48,422 nt of DNA. Origin: a virus. Its lineage: Duplodnaviria; Caudoviricetes. Shown here piece after piece: positions 28,201 through 36,651 of this stretch. Position 1 is the first letter of the stretch. The number at the start of each line of letters is the position of its first letter. The notes beneath the pieces are model-generated. The model saw only the letters and a list, made by a program, of their open reading frames with translations. It was not told the DNA's origin and did no database searches. The stretch covers positions 1-48,422 of the IMG/VR virus record IMGVR_UViG_3300017747_003013, one strand, 5' to 3'. A program made the position numbers and the translations under genes.

Positions 28201-28499
28201 GTCGCGCGCTCGTCGGGGTTGGTGATGGCGCCAAACCCGCCGAGCCAACCCTTCTTGGTGTTCTCCAATGCGAGGCTGTCGCTCGCCTGGAGCTTGGCGT
28301 CGCGCGGCCCCGGCATGTCGAAACCGGACTTGCCGATCTCGTTCATCACCGTGTCGGCCATGTCGACGGCCGAGGTGTTGGGCGGCGCAGCGCCGGCCAG
28401 CGTCTTGGTGCTGTCGATGAAATTGGCAGAGTTGAGCGCCAGCCCACCGTCCGATACGAGCCCCGGAACGGCGATCTTTTTCATTTCAAACACGGCCAT
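19239..28499 (-). CDS. Giant polyvalent internal virion (ejection) protein
   Basis: 3086 aa at the position of T7 gp16. Three ART-like modules, two GNAT-like modules, an HDFFGH domain, zincin HEAGH and an LPD38-like C-terminus. Confidence 0.85.
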   Translation of the reverse strand: MAVFEMKKIAVPGLVSDGGLALNSANFIDSTKTLAGAAPPNTSAVDMADTVMNEIGKSGFDMPGPRDAKLQASDSLALENTKKGWLGGFGAITNPDERATEREGQADFAGKLANEARTHNDELVGATFGKTIDELTEEFGGAYARQFKPGMTEDEIRAIVEAADAGTASTEEADKRVTDVAGAPLPSQYWWRSAIEGAVKSAAQMGTNALRAPGAWFESGIFVSTGFETGKSWPRQAADALDAELNKGLPADPGRREEAIQMLSEGVGSMAPYLLAGYVGQVLGVGAGATTGAFGAAAGGGAQYEDADRFDANGWSKFTALVLGSGLGMTDRLPIERAFMRAEIATGGLVSRVLRNTTATSLSEFTQEVGQAAGEDIIAKYLPGYDPDRVLDYGDWFKQGLVGAVTGGGVGFVTTLAPGKTVDMGGKPEAVQAQIDKIIDAEQQVLDGLTAEVDANPEDGEAANAEAVDAQPAGGAGAPQATDGVGAATAPTRVDPVVAGDAVKQIVEQQRAYHGTPHKFDKFSMDKIGTGEGAQAFGHGLYFAGNRQVAEGYRAALARPVLTVDGSAQYSGISSEGLTALNFIQQSFSKERGTQNLERAIETATVDRMRDRYTAAREWLRENDARINLEGGALYQVDIPDDAELLDWDAPLSTQSAAARAAIQKLVDAAPEGSQLAKVRSAGGGLRDSVTGEQIYRGLSADLRAGRVETPPDWSSAATASDGSDFGGDQAASATLLAAGVPGLRYLDAGSRADGDGTRNYVIFDENRIQIEDVEAQVGQPVNPDIVAQVDAVQLDPYQVAPLPNIEKGLTGPIPRVVQAAKAYAAAIGLPHRRARSYVKVDTARAARIAAAYTAMKHEPNDPAVLAAYQALADETVAQYQYVKATGLKIETILPWKPAPLSAKAQALDVKVTRTPSEIGKGYGDYVTYTEPSGGVVRVVERKGAAREASVVDFVIPEALRGQGIGRALMERVLADNPSLMGQVSSRAAAKLAYDMGRRPFNQPDATLEDIYRIIESDSSVNLLTPELPDPYPNGPRDVLKDINAGHIWYFPTDQGFGSSEFDPTGNPLLEASGETSDNGQPMVVNDLFRVVHDFFGHGLEGSGFGARGEENAWQSHMRLFTASAVPAMTSETRGQNSWVNYGPFGEQNRKDPRNTVYADQKTGIMPSWTWTEGVVDSTAEDVDAPVELTGEGLFYHGTSREFEGRLKLPGARGSGGNAVFLSTSPVQAITFARGETKRLLAAKVNAKKVFNYQSETDLAALSEYVAKNFDAVAPGALYGPQSAISFLRSGDFGLLEQPAVRKWMRSKGYDSFWVREYPDSPLNIGVLDPAVIEEVVSPQQQFLDAFLAAKNASPFGAAAYAYSPAEYAKMRTFLAPDGLSGFALKGTDIVSVFSHPAAGGGRLRKIIDVAVANGGKTLDAFDGKLVQMYAALGFREVRRENWNDQYRPEGWKAEWGKPDVVYMEYSGDIEQAVASLGTESPAFLEWDGGAAIRDDDGVPLVLYSGAPKSLRKATREMWMTPDRDTASQFGEASMGGNFANDAQFDEDGNNIGGAVFTFYARMENPLEIDWQGNSWNAGPDTEYPTIYRAVDSVFESYGDAEQAISDQQDSARNDAEEAFREDMANRMYVAEVGEQFEVRLKAEQGDTVADLEYRVSNARTYEASRREALDKAIAQQDTLGAALVESVRNQYKTAIAQLAEFQRQLEALRTAPPVEDEVIGTFDTEEGARDFENEYTEERATEAGDAAADEVDTGISEETDYDVGENGQTTDGEVERAKRNGHDGVIFRSVDEGSGPVDVYVVIEPGNAKSTANIGTYNREDPDILRMTAAGSMRQPYIGEPTRPTAGIATSNARQIAADTKPADRRLSTFGASLSKLMKLTVRSGRLASKDRTVMGEYHRRAALIQMRDKNDFSTLVHEAGHAFNDARADIVEPFARANAAALEDFARTHYQGDLTSAPLPTVRREGFAEFLRSYVTARAYTERQAPDLTREFVAMMRRSDPKTLTGLDALNIQFEAWLNQPSAKLSESIIIDNSRLTGIQIAMKEITDNGFASWMRELTRRSVTVSFQQQAGLREIVNRISAQFEAAHGTQLDLAYADNPIALSTLGRQAETLALNETQDGVIPYRGTDPATRSLQDAIFLIHGKANKKGSQLVSLDTELMLSFNAYLMERRALAEWKRYERGEIRNEPVGLKKGDILQGAQDHETEHPEFVQAAAIVHEYGMGLWRKQYDAGLIDKETYEDVASREFYAPLQRDVSDLRTARENDVSFTQSAVVKRFKGSSRDVIAPMDVLLQKTIAVEKLISMNDAAKALAAMADKTPGVGSVAVRIPATQMVGKTYSAQEAAAQLLKRAGDQDDTPMDPADAAELLTLLEASIDRGQMISLYRSQQVSTRGENVMFFWENGKIAALQLVDGQLGADVINYMAAVGRESMDWPLEIAAASSTLFRAAVTNWPDYLLVNFIRGELQNGMLTRGYIPGVSGIRGMVDEITQSKWAKSANRARMMMGGINTSTLHQANIDRDISALRARGFLPKVIGEIRNPWDFVGSVRALSRVIETAETAGRLGVYRATYTRAKRDGLSDYEASVEAAYIATDVMDYGQHGSRMLTMRRLIPFLNSQLVGLHKLFRTLGGDEAGRRKGLTFAITAWVKDINALPLSRAEKDQLKTGRHLMLSMLMLGGLSELLHFLQADDPDYIAGPNEYTRTTNWVFLPNKMGLGKKGEVWVMPKPFELALIANTVERALEAAGGDSTALGKMLRGVAMSVTPPTTPPIIQTVAEATSNFDFYTGQPIVKPGELSPRDRSLEFNERTSDLAITLGQMTGLSPMLIDHVGAGLGANAYRDIAHSLDAFSTTRPAPDASDWFITRRFVKDARQGSQLTADLWGQASQANGKLGGAYQTLHNLVGKGASEPVINALLGKMDAEEKAYALLMEYQKPEDKRLHPVNRATALTKIISGMSTEISSRLGLADSTYEDDPVNIAMTPSKKREVIDVLKEIAQREAWNTMVTMGHPTYKGRKLLDVEGSLSLLEATSPDAYDEYVRRVTKAKVYDFEGVAEAWPDARTRLIEDGEFAILTDLSASAGMAF

Positions 28500-31057
28500 T
28501 ACTCAGTCTCCTCGGCCGCAGCTGCGCGCCGCTGCTCCTCGGGGCTGAGCGTACCCGGTACGCCGGGCGGGAACAACTGGTCGAGGAGCGGCGTCTCACC
28601 GAAAATGTTCTTGCGCGGCTCGGGCGAGAACGCCTCCATCGCCCCGACATCGCTGTCTTTGAACGCCCCCTTGGCGTTGACAAGCTGATCGGTGAGCTGC
28701 GTCAGCACCGATGCTGTTGCTTTGTCCATGCCTGTATACTCAGCCATGGCGTAGATGAGCACCTCGTCGGTGTATTCGCCGAAGGTTTTCCGCAGTTCTT
28801 CGATACGCGCCACCAATTCGTCACGCAGCTTGAACTTAACAGTACCCTTGGGGAGACTTGCGTTGGCCTTACGGACGTCTTCCGGCGCGCTCGTAAAGTT
28901 GAGACCGATCTGTAGCGCCATATCGCGCGGCACCGGCGCGACGGCTTCCGGCAGGATGCCAACGTTGAGCTGCGCCTCGCGCATGGCCGAGACGAAACTC
29001 TGCATAGTTTCGGGCTTGATCTCGCCTACGGCTGCTTCGTCCATGACAGCTTTGGCGTAGCCCTGCACCTCCGGCAGCTCCAGCGCCGCCTTGTCGGGGC
29101 GCGTGGCACGCAGCCGCGTGACGCGGTCGACTTCCTTCTTCACCGCCGCCTGCACCTCGGTATCGGCCGCGAAGCTCGACCCTTCGCGCGGCGCGTACTC
29201 CTCGACGCGCGCCTCCATGTCGGTCGGCGACATTTCGGCGATGCCCTGCTTGGCGGTGAAGCTGCGCTGGGCGATGTCGCGGTCGTTGGTGAACTTCAGG
29301 TAGTCGTCCTCGCCGAGGATCGTCGAGATCGAGGTCTCGTCGAAACCGGGCGTGCCTTGGCCGGTGGCGCGGATAAGCGCCAGCTCGTTGTCGCGCGCGT
29401 CACGCACCTGCACCACTTCGACCGCCGACGCCTTGGCAGTCTGCGCCGACTGCGCGGCGATGAGCTGGTCGGCCTTCGAGATGAACTGCTGGCGTGCGTC
29501 GTACGGCAGCGTGCCGTAGCGGCCGGCGACGCGGCGGATCGGCGGCGTCGTGCCCGCCAGATGCTCGGCAATGGTGGCGGCTGCCCACTTCGGCACCTCA
29601 CCCCCGCCAGCGCTGGTGGCGTAGCCCCACGCGCGGCGCCCGCCGAGATCGGCGTGGATCATGTTCGAGCCGACGCCGATGCCGGTGATACCGGCAGCGC
29701 TCAGCGACTTGATAAGCTCGATGCGATCGGGGATCGACATGCCTGAGACGTCGATGTCGAGTGCGTTGGCGTCTAGGTGCTGGCTGTTCTCAGCGCCGCC
29801 GGCAGCCTTGTTCTCCTCGTGCGTGCGGGCGCCCGAGTTGATCTTCACCTTCTCCAAGCCGATCGAGGCGAAGGCGTCAGCCGTGCGGGCGATCAGGTCG
29901 GGGTTCACCTTCGAGGTGTCGGCGCCGACGAACTTGACGCTGCCTGGATCGCCGCGCCCGGTCGGCGCGCTGATCTCCGACATGATCTTCGTCTTATAGT
30001 CGCGCGTCTCCTTGGGCAGCAGCTTGTCGTCGTAGCCGCTCTCGACCCACTTCGCGGCGACGCTCGGACCGGCATTGTAGGCGACGAGCGCCGTCTCAAT
30101 CGGGTTGCGCGTGCCGGAGAAGGCGCGAAGCTGCTGCTTCAGGTACGTTTCGCCGTAGAGCTTGTTGACATACGGATTGCTGAGATAGCGCTCGATGACC
30201 TGGTCGGAGGCGCCGGTCGGGAAATTCTTGTCGCCGATGTCGCGCGCGATGTCGGCAGCCGTTGCCGGCATCACCTGCATCAGGCCGATGGCGCCCCTTG
30301 GCGAAATGGCGTTGGGGTTGTCGCGGCTTTCCTGCCACTGCACGGCGCGGCTCAGCACCTCGAACTGCGTCGAGGGGGAGAGCTGGCGCGCGTCGACGCC
30401 TAGTTCGCGGAGCACACCCTGCGGATCATCCTGAAGCATCTGGTTCAGGATCGAGGTCTGCGCCATGCGCTCCCAGTCGGCGGCGAGCTTTGCCTTCTCT
30501 GGGGTAGGCAGCGACGAGGCGTCGATAAGCGTCTTGCCCTGCGCGAGCAGGGCGTCGTAGCCCTCCGGGTCCATCGAGATCGCGGTGGCGAGCTGCTCGT
30601 TCGAGAGCGTCACCTCGCGGCGCTGGTAGTCGTAGTTGAGATCGCGCTCGGTCGCAGCGGCGCGCGTCGACCACTCGAAGGCGGCGGCGCCGGTCTCGTC
30701 GGCCAGCACCTCCTCGAACTGCGGGCGCAGGCGCTGCGGCAGCGAGGCGATGAAGGCGTCGCGCTTCGGCTTGAAGTCCTTGGTGACGAAGCCTTCATAG
30801 ACGCCGCTTCCATCCTCGGGCGCCTCGGTGGCGCGCAGGCGCAGGTCTTCGGCGAGCTGGAGGTCGAGGCGCCGCTTGTCGTTCTCGGCCTTGAAGTATT
30901 CCTTCTGCTCGTTGCGCGCCTGTATCTGCGCGGCAAAGCTCTGCACCTGCGCGCCAAGCCCCTCGACCTCCTGCCCGACGGCGGAGCTGAGCTGGAGGGA
31001 AGGTGTGTTGCCGGGCTGGAGCGAGCGCTGGGCGGTGTAGGTCTCGATGCGAGCCAT
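28499..31057 (-). CDS. Internal virion protein with lytic transglycosylase (SLT) and peptidase M15-like domains
   Basis: ATG at 31057 (TAATG coupling). QES...GAIGLMQVMP...AYNAGP; then INSGAR...SQH...ALD...MIHAD. Confidence 0.87.
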   Translation of the reverse strand: MARIETYTAQRSLQPGNTPSLQLSSAVGQEVEGLGAQVQSFAAQIQARNEQKEYFKAENDKRRLDLQLAEDLRLRATEAPEDGSGVYEGFVTKDFKPKRDAFIASLPQRLRPQFEEVLADETGAAAFEWSTRAAATERDLNYDYQRREVTLSNEQLATAISMDPEGYDALLAQGKTLIDASSLPTPEKAKLAADWERMAQTSILNQMLQDDPQGVLRELGVDARQLSPSTQFEVLSRAVQWQESRDNPNAISPRGAIGLMQVMPATAADIARDIGDKNFPTGASDQVIERYLSNPYVNKLYGETYLKQQLRAFSGTRNPIETALVAYNAGPSVAAKWVESGYDDKLLPKETRDYKTKIMSEISAPTGRGDPGSVKFVGADTSKVNPDLIARTADAFASIGLEKVKINSGARTHEENKAAGGAENSQHLDANALDIDVSGMSIPDRIELIKSLSAAGITGIGVGSNMIHADLGGRRAWGYATSAGGGEVPKWAAATIAEHLAGTTPPIRRVAGRYGTLPYDARQQFISKADQLIAAQSAQTAKASAVEVVQVRDARDNELALIRATGQGTPGFDETSISTILGEDDYLKFTNDRDIAQRSFTAKQGIAEMSPTDMEARVEEYAPREGSSFAADTEVQAAVKKEVDRVTRLRATRPDKAALELPEVQGYAKAVMDEAAVGEIKPETMQSFVSAMREAQLNVGILPEAVAPVPRDMALQIGLNFTSAPEDVRKANASLPKGTVKFKLRDELVARIEELRKTFGEYTDEVLIYAMAEYTGMDKATASVLTQLTDQLVNAKGAFKDSDVGAMEAFSPEPRKNIFGETPLLDQLFPPGVPGTLSPEEQRRAAAAEETE

Positions 31058-31512
31058 TACTCGAACGCGCCCCCGAACTTGGCAGCGCCGCCGAGTGCAC
31101 CCGACAGGAAGGCGATCGGTGCGGCGGCCTTCTCCTGCGCGGCGTTGTAGCGGTAGCCCTGCGCCTGGAACTTCATGCTCTTGACCTTCTCCTCGCTCGA
31201 CCACTTGATCGCTTCGATGTCGAGGTCGCCCTCGATCGCGGTGTCGCGGATCACGTCGGCGGCGCTGCCGCTAAGCGCCAGGCCGTTCGCGGCGAAGCCG
31301 GCGCGGGCGCCGCCCTGCGTGCGGGCGAGCCCTTCACGGGTGCGCGCCACGGTGTAGGCGGTCGCCTCGCGCTCGGCACCGATGTCACGCTCGACGCCCT
31401 GCGCGTTGAGGGTGTTGGAGGCGGCAGCCTGGTTGCGCTGCATGAAGCCGCCGACGCCCTGCATGACGCCGCCGGCCAAGCCTGCAATGCCGATGGAGAC
31501 CGGATCACACAT
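31057..31512 (-). CDS. Small internal virion protein (T7 gp14-like)
   Basis: MCDPVS start, Ala/Gly-rich, ARAGFAANGL..SGS; directly after the nozzle gene. Confidence 0.78.
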   Translation of the reverse strand: MCDPVSIGIAGLAGGVMQGVGGFMQRNQAAASNTLNAQGVERDIGAEREATAYTVARTREGLARTQGGARAGFAANGLALSGSAADVIRDTAIEGDLDIEAIKWSSEEKVKSMKFQAQGYRYNAAQEKAAAPIAFLSGALGGAAKFGGAFE

Positions 31513-33584
31513 TAGTCAGCCCCCTCTACGTCGATGATGAGCGCGCGCACTGTAGCAGGAAGCGTACTGTCCGTCTCGATCGTGCATACGCCGTTGTTTT
31601 CCCAGCTATCGTCGACCTTGATCGGGAGCGCCCGCGTCAGCAGGCGCGCGGCGGTGAACGGATTGACCTCCGAAATATCATCCGGGCGGAGCGGGTCAAG
31701 CCCGTTGTCGTAGTCGCTCTCGTCGAGGTCGCCCATGCCGACACGGAGGAAGCCGGTCTGGTAGAGATCGACGGTGGCGTCGGAGGCGATGCTCGGCAGT
31801 CCGACAGCAGGCTCGCCGGTGCCGTAGTCGCGCAGGCGCAGCGTCGTGGCGCGGCTCGACTGCCGTAGGCCGTAGACGACGACGCTAGCCTCGAACAACG
31901 CCGGCAGCGTCAGCTCGCCGCTCTCGACCGTCGCGTCGCCGAGGTCGACACCGTCAGCGTGGATGGCGAAGGTCTCACCCTCGAAGTCGCCGAGCCCCGT
32001 TATGGAGGTCGTCGGTGCGCCGTCGTAGACCTGCGCGCAGTAGGTGTAGAGGGGCCACTCCTGGGCGCTGACGCCCTCGCGGTAGAAGGCGCCCAGCGTC
32101 TCGATGGTCCGCACGACGGTCTCGTCTATGGTGCGCCGCACCATCAGCCATATCTGGTCGCCGTCGCGATCGGCGCCCGGCATCGCCATCGCCCACTCGA
32201 CGACGCCGTCGCCGCCTACGTCGTTTTCGGAGGCGCCGAAGACTTCCTGCTTTCGGTCGTACGTCGCAGCGAGGAGAGCACCCGCCTCAGTGGTCATCCA
32301 TAGGATGCGGTTCGGTGCCGCCTGGTAGGCGACGGAGGTGATGCCGTAGCTGAACAGATGCTCGTTGATGGCGCTGATCTCGTCGGCGACGTAGCCCTGC
32401 GCCTCATTGGCGTACTGCGCCTCGTAGAGCTTGTTGCGGTAGCTGTCGAAGAACAGCAGCATCCGCTCGACGAAGAAACCGGGGATGTATGAAGTTGGCA
32501 CCTCGGTCTCGGGCTTCTGACGCAGGTTAAGCGGGCCGAAGCCGGCGCTCTCGTCGTTGCGGCCGAGGATGCGGACGGCGCCCTCGGTGCCGAGGATGAT
32601 GTCCTTGCCGTCGGCGATCCAGAGGATCGAGCTGAGCGAGCCGAGCAGCTTCGCCGTGAAGGCGTCGTCGGCTACGAGCGGCGCAGAGATCGAATAGTCG
32701 TCGAGGCCGGTATCCTGCGCCACGGTGCCCCAGACGGTCGTCGGCTGGAGGTCGGTGGCGGCGGAGATCAGGCGTTCCTCGTAGAGACCGACAGCGCGCG
32801 GGTAGCCCTCCGTCGCCGACCATGCGCCGAGGCGCCACAGCACCGAGGCGGCGTGCCCCGGCATGGCCGCCGTGTCGCCATCGTCGCGCCCCATGTAGGT
32901 CGCGGTGACGAGCGTCGTACTCGTCCAAGCTGTGATGACGAACCAGTACCAGCGGCCACCGGCTTCGAGGAAGCGGATCACCCGCCCGACGTCGGAGGCG
33001 GCAAAGCCCGCGCCGCCGTTGATGCCGACGATCGACGAGGCGGTGATCGTCACCGAGCCGGAGGTTGCGCTCGGGTCGAGCGTCGTGGCGGTCGGGTTGA
33101 TGTCGAGATAGGGGCCGTCCTGCGGCACGTAGAGGGCGAGCCCCCAGACGGTCTCGCTGGTGCGCGTCAGTACGCGCGGCCAGTACCCCTTGCAGAAGAT
33201 GAACAGCAGGTCGCCCGACTGGCGGGTCTGAAGGTAAGGGAGGTCCGCTTCGAGGTAGGGCGTCACCACCTCGACCGGGACGGAGGCGACCTCGACGCGC
33301 GCCTTGGTGTCGCGGTTCCAGAAGCGGAAGTAGAGATCGCCCGCCTCAAGGATGTAGGCTTGCGCGCGGTTGAAGTTGAACGGCAGGAAGCGCGCCGTCT
33401 TGTCTTCCTCCTTGGCGAAGCCTCGGAACAGCGAACCGGGCGTGCGGGTCATGCCGCCATAGCGCAGCGGTACCCAGTTACGCATGGTACCGAGGCCGGC
33501 CTGGTAGAGGTCGAGGTCAACGCGCCCGTGGATCAGCGGGGTGACGGCGCCGCGTGTGAAGTTGACCTTGAGCGAGCGGGCCAC
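31512..33584 (-). CDS. Tail nozzle (tail tubular protein B)
   Basis: NFTRG...GRVDL..Y, GGMTRTPG and GYPRAVGLYEERL; size and synteny fit. Confidence 0.85.
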   Translation of the reverse strand: MARSLKVNFTRGAVTPLIHGRVDLDLYQAGLGTMRNWVPLRYGGMTRTPGSLFRGFAKEEDKTARFLPFNFNRAQAYILEAGDLYFRFWNRDTKARVEVASVPVEVVTPYLEADLPYLQTRQSGDLLFIFCKGYWPRVLTRTSETVWGLALYVPQDGPYLDINPTATTLDPSATSGSVTITASSIVGINGGAGFAASDVGRVIRFLEAGGRWYWFVITAWTSTTLVTATYMGRDDGDTAAMPGHAASVLWRLGAWSATEGYPRAVGLYEERLISAATDLQPTTVWGTVAQDTGLDDYSISAPLVADDAFTAKLLGSLSSILWIADGKDIILGTEGAVRILGRNDESAGFGPLNLRQKPETEVPTSYIPGFFVERMLLFFDSYRNKLYEAQYANEAQGYVADEISAINEHLFSYGITSVAYQAAPNRILWMTTEAGALLAATYDRKQEVFGASENDVGGDGVVEWAMAMPGADRDGDQIWLMVRRTIDETVVRTIETLGAFYREGVSAQEWPLYTYCAQVYDGAPTTSITGLGDFEGETFAIHADGVDLGDATVESGELTLPALFEASVVVYGLRQSSRATTLRLRDYGTGEPAVGLPSIASDATVDLYQTGFLRVGMGDLDESDYDNGLDPLRPDDISEVNPFTAARLLTRALPIKVDDSWENNGVCTIETDSTLPATVRALIIDVEGAD

Positions 33585-34205
33585 TTAACGCCCCCACGGC
33601 AGCGTCTCGACGCCCTGCCCCCGCGCTCGGATGATGTCGAAGGTCTCGATCGGCTCCGGCGATCCTTCGTAGGCGTCGATGCGCTCGGCCTGCTCGGCAG
33701 CCGCCGAGAGGAGCTGGGAGGCCAGCTCGATGTACTTGTTCTTGGCGGTGAACTTGTTCGCCATACCGAGCGCCAGCTTGGCGCGCACCATTTCGACGAA
33801 CAGGCTGTCCCACACACCGGGGTTGGACGACTTGTCCATGATGATGCGGCAGCAGAGCGGCGCCGCCTCGTTGGTGGCGATGCGGTTCTCGGTCATTTCA
33901 TACGGCACGGGTGTGCCGAAGCGCTCACCGTAGCGAGTGATCGGCAGGACGCGCAGCCAGCCGGCTGGCGGGGTGTAGAAGTAGGACCAGCCGAAGGCAG
34001 GCGTATCGCTATCTGCCGAGAGCTGATGCATCTTGGTGGCGAAGCCCCACGGGTAGGCACGCAGGCTCGTCGCGACCGTGTGGTCCCAGTTACGCTCCAG
34101 CCAGCGCGCCGTCGCCGCGTTGTCGGTCAGCGACTGGAGGGCGGTGTCGCGGATCACGTCGATCGCGAGGTTCCAGACTTGGAGCTTGGTGAGTGAGCTG
34201 GGCAT
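33585..34205 (-). CDS. Head-tail adaptor (tail tubular protein A)
   Basis: VWNLAI...LRAYPWGFA...WDSLFVE...LA; synteny. Confidence 0.85.
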   Translation of the reverse strand: MPSSLTKLQVWNLAIDVIRDTALQSLTDNAATARWLERNWDHTVATSLRAYPWGFATKMHQLSADSDTPAFGWSYFYTPPAGWLRVLPITRYGERFGTPVPYEMTENRIATNEAAPLCCRIIMDKSSNPGVWDSLFVEMVRAKLALGMANKFTAKNKYIELASQLLSAAAEQAERIDAYEGSPEPIETFDIIRARGQGVETLPWGR

Positions 34206-34254
34206 TTATTGCGGTACTCCGATACCGTTCACATAGCACGCTGCCGTTGCCATG

Positions 34255-35040
34255 TCACAGCGTCCTGCCTTGGAGCGCTGCCAGCGCGCTGTTAGCTACA
34301 GTTCGCTCCTCGGCCGAGATTTCAGCGGCGCGGTGGACGTAGAAGCCCCACACCTTTCCTGCCACGCCGAACGGTCCGAGGGTAACGGCTGCCGATGCGA
34401 GGTTGAGGGCCATGACCGTAGCCGCTTCTGTGATGACGCCCTCATCCGCTTGTATATCTACGCCTGTGTCTGTCACGCGCGACGACGCCACCAGGGGCGT
34501 GTTGAGCGGGAACTGGGACGCCGGGCTGTTGACCGCTATGACGCCTCCAGCAGTCGTCCGGACGGCGCCGGCATTCCTGTCGCTGGACGACACGTTCTGG
34601 ATGCGGTGATAGTTCGTGGCATTGAGCACCACGCCGAACAGGATGCTTGTCCCTGCCGACGCCAGCTCGCGGGCCAGGCCGATCAGGTGCTGACGGGCGA
34701 CGGTCACAGATGCCGCGCTGACCATAGTGTCAGTTGCGTCAAAATCGGCCCGCCACCTCCCGCCGCCGTCATCGCGCAGGATAAAGCAGTTTGCGTCGGT
34801 CGCCTGAATGAGGTTAGGCAGCTCACCGTAGAGCGGCGTGATCCCTTTGATGAGATCACCGTCAGCGGTGCAAGGAATGGTGCAGGCCGTGTCCTTGAAG
34901 CACGTAGCCAGACTTATCGGGTAGAAACCCGACGTAGCGCCGAAAAAATCAGCCACGCTGAGCGGGGGTGTTTCCTCCGCTGCGTTGCGCTTCTGCCGAC
35001 GCTTACGGTTCAGCCAGTACGCCTGCGCCGACGTGACCAT
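34255..35040 (-). CDS. Putative virion beta-sandwich (ConA/LamG-like) protein
   Basis: Beta-rich with FKDTACTIPCTADGD and FDATD; lies in the structural operon. Confidence 0.55.
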   Translation of the reverse strand: MVTSAQAYWLNRKRRQKRNAAEETPPLSVADFFGATSGFYPISLATCFKDTACTIPCTADGDLIKGITPLYGELPNLIQATDANCFILRDDGGGRWRADFDATDTMVSAASVTVARQHLIGLARELASAGTSILFGVVLNATNYHRIQNVSSSDRNAGAVRTTAGGVIAVNSPASQFPLNTPLVASSRVTDTGVDIQADEGVITEAATVMALNLASAAVTLGPFGVAGKVWGFYVHRAAEISAEERTVANSALAALQGRTL

Positions 35041-35043
35041 AGG

Positions 35044-35550
35044 TCAGGTCGCCTTCTGCGCTGCCGCGAGGTGCTGGGCGGCGCGGCGAGCGCGGCTGGC
35101 GCCCTGCGGGCGCTTGCCGTCGAGCACGCTGCGCACGGCCTTGCCGGCCTCCTGCGCGGCCTGGCGGTTCTCGTCGCGGGTCTGGCTGTTCATCTGCTTC
35201 ATCAGCCGGCGGGCGGTGACGTGGTCGACCTGCTGGCCGGGGCTGTAGGCGGCGAGCGGCGTGGCGACCGTGCGCTCGCCGAGCGCTGCGATCTCGGCTA
35301 CGGCGCGTGCTTCGTGCACAGCCTGGCGGCGCTCGCGAATTTCCTTGGAGGTGGCGCCGACCTCGACCTGCTTCACCTTGTTCGCCTCGATGGCCGCCGT
35401 CTTCTCGGGGCCGGAGGGTGAGACGAGATCAGCCGCTTCCAGCACCTCGGTCTTCTTCGCCTGCGCCTGCTGGGCGCGGCGGCGCACGCGGTCGGTGCCG
35501 CGCGTCATCAGGTTGGAGGCTGCCCTCTTGGCTTCGATGGGGTCGGTCAT
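35044..35550 (-). CDS. Basic Ala/Arg-rich hypothetical protein
   Basis: 168 aa with GAGGA RBS. Confidence 0.7.
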   Translation of the reverse strand: MTDPIEAKRAASNLMTRGTDRVRRRAQQAQAKKTEVLEAADLVSPSGPEKTAAIEANKVKQVEVGATSKEIRERRQAVHEARAVAEIAALGERTVATPLAAYSPGQQVDHVTARRLMKQMNSQTRDENRQAAQEAGKAVRSVLDGKRPQGASRARRAAQHLAAAQKAT

Positions 35551-35569
35551 GTCATCCTCAATTGGTTGG

Positions 35570-35595
35570 CAGGAGGCCGCCGAAGCGGCCTCCTG
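35570..35595 (-). promoter_or_regulatory. 11-bp hairpin with cUUCGg loop and no U-tract
   Basis: CAGGAGGCCGC-TTCG-GCGGCCTCCTG, intergenic. Confidence 0.6.
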
Positions 35596-35618
35596 AAGGT
35601 TGCTGAAGTCTAGCGCGC

Positions 35619-36305
35619 TTAGCGCTCGGCGACTACCCGGATGTAGTCGAGCGACAGCACGTTGGCGACAGCCTCGCCGTTCTGGATGCCGAAGCTGACG
35701 GCCAGCTCCTCGTCATCCGGCACGTTGGTGATGGCCGCAGCCCCAACGCGCACATCGTTGATGTAGATGTCGATGGTCGGCGCGGAGCCGGTGCCCGCCA
35801 CGGCGGCAGTCGAGCCGTCGTAGTAGAAGCCGACCTTGACGTAGGTGTCGGCGACCATCGTGTGCACGCCGGCCACGGCAGTGGCCGTGTCGTTCTTCTC
35901 GACGCGGAAATCGAGCAGCGCGTCACCGTCATCCTTCTGGAAGAAGATGCCGTCCGTCACATCGAGCATGGTGGTGTCGGTGATCTGGAGGCCGATGACG
36001 AAGTCGCACTGGAGGACTTCGAGCACCTTGAAGCGCGCCTCGAACTCCAGGGCCTTGCCGAGCGCGAACTTGAAGACTTCCTTGGTCGACTGGAAGAAAT
36101 CGAGATCGTTGTCAGCCGCGTCGTTGGTGACGACGAGGACGCCGCCGGCCAGGTTGCCGATCGCCTCGGTGGCCGAGCCTGCGCCCGCCTCCGTGGTGGT
36201 CAGCGTCCAGTCGTTGGTGTCGTAGTCCGTCGGGCGCACGAAATCGTTGAAATACTCGTAGTAGTCGGTACGCGGTCGCGTTTCCCAGTGCTTGCGGAAG
36301 CCCAT
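35619..36305 (-). CDS. Putative capsid-associated virion protein
   Basis: Acidic, beta-rich 228 aa (YFNDF...DYIRVVAER), downstream of the capsid gene. Confidence 0.7.
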   Translation of the reverse strand: MGFRKHWETRPRTDYYEYFNDFVRPTDYDTNDWTLTTTEAGAGSATEAIGNLAGGVLVVTNDAADNDLDFFQSTKEVFKFALGKALEFEARFKVLEVLQCDFVIGLQITDTTMLDVTDGIFFQKDDGDALLDFRVEKNDTATAVAGVHTMVADTYVKVGFYYDGSTAAVAGTGSAPTIDIYINDVRVGAAAITNVPDDEELAVSFGIQNGEAVANVLSLDYIRVVAER

Positions 36306-36361
36306 AGCGATGCTATCCCTTGGCTATAGTCAACCGGCTCCCGGCCGGCGCGGTTACTCGC

Positions 36362-36625
36362 TTACGCCTGAAGCGCGGCGAGTATTTCGTTCACCTTCGC
36401 CTGGAGATCGGCGAAGTTATTCTCGATCGAAGCGATGGCGGTGTTGACAGCGGCGTTGACCGCCGCGTCGGTGTAGGTGTTCGAGGTCGACAGCGCGATG
36501 TCGGCGACAGCCGTCATGGTGTCGTTTGCGGTGGCGCCGGTGATGGTGCCGCCGAGCGCCACGATGGCGTCGGTGTCGGTGAACCGGGTGCTGCGCCCGA
36601 GCGAGCGAGGAAGTCCCTTACCCAT
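36362..36625 (-). CDS. Putative head fibre/decoration protein
   Basis: Ends in NNFADLQAKVNEILAALQA, typical of trimeric head fibres. Confidence 0.65.
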   Translation of the reverse strand: MGKGLPRSLGRSTRFTDTDAIVALGGTITGATANDTMTAVADIALSTSNTYTDAAVNAAVNTAIASIENNFADLQAKVNEILAALQA

Positions 36626-36651
36626 TTTTCGTCTCCATTTGGTTGGGCGAC

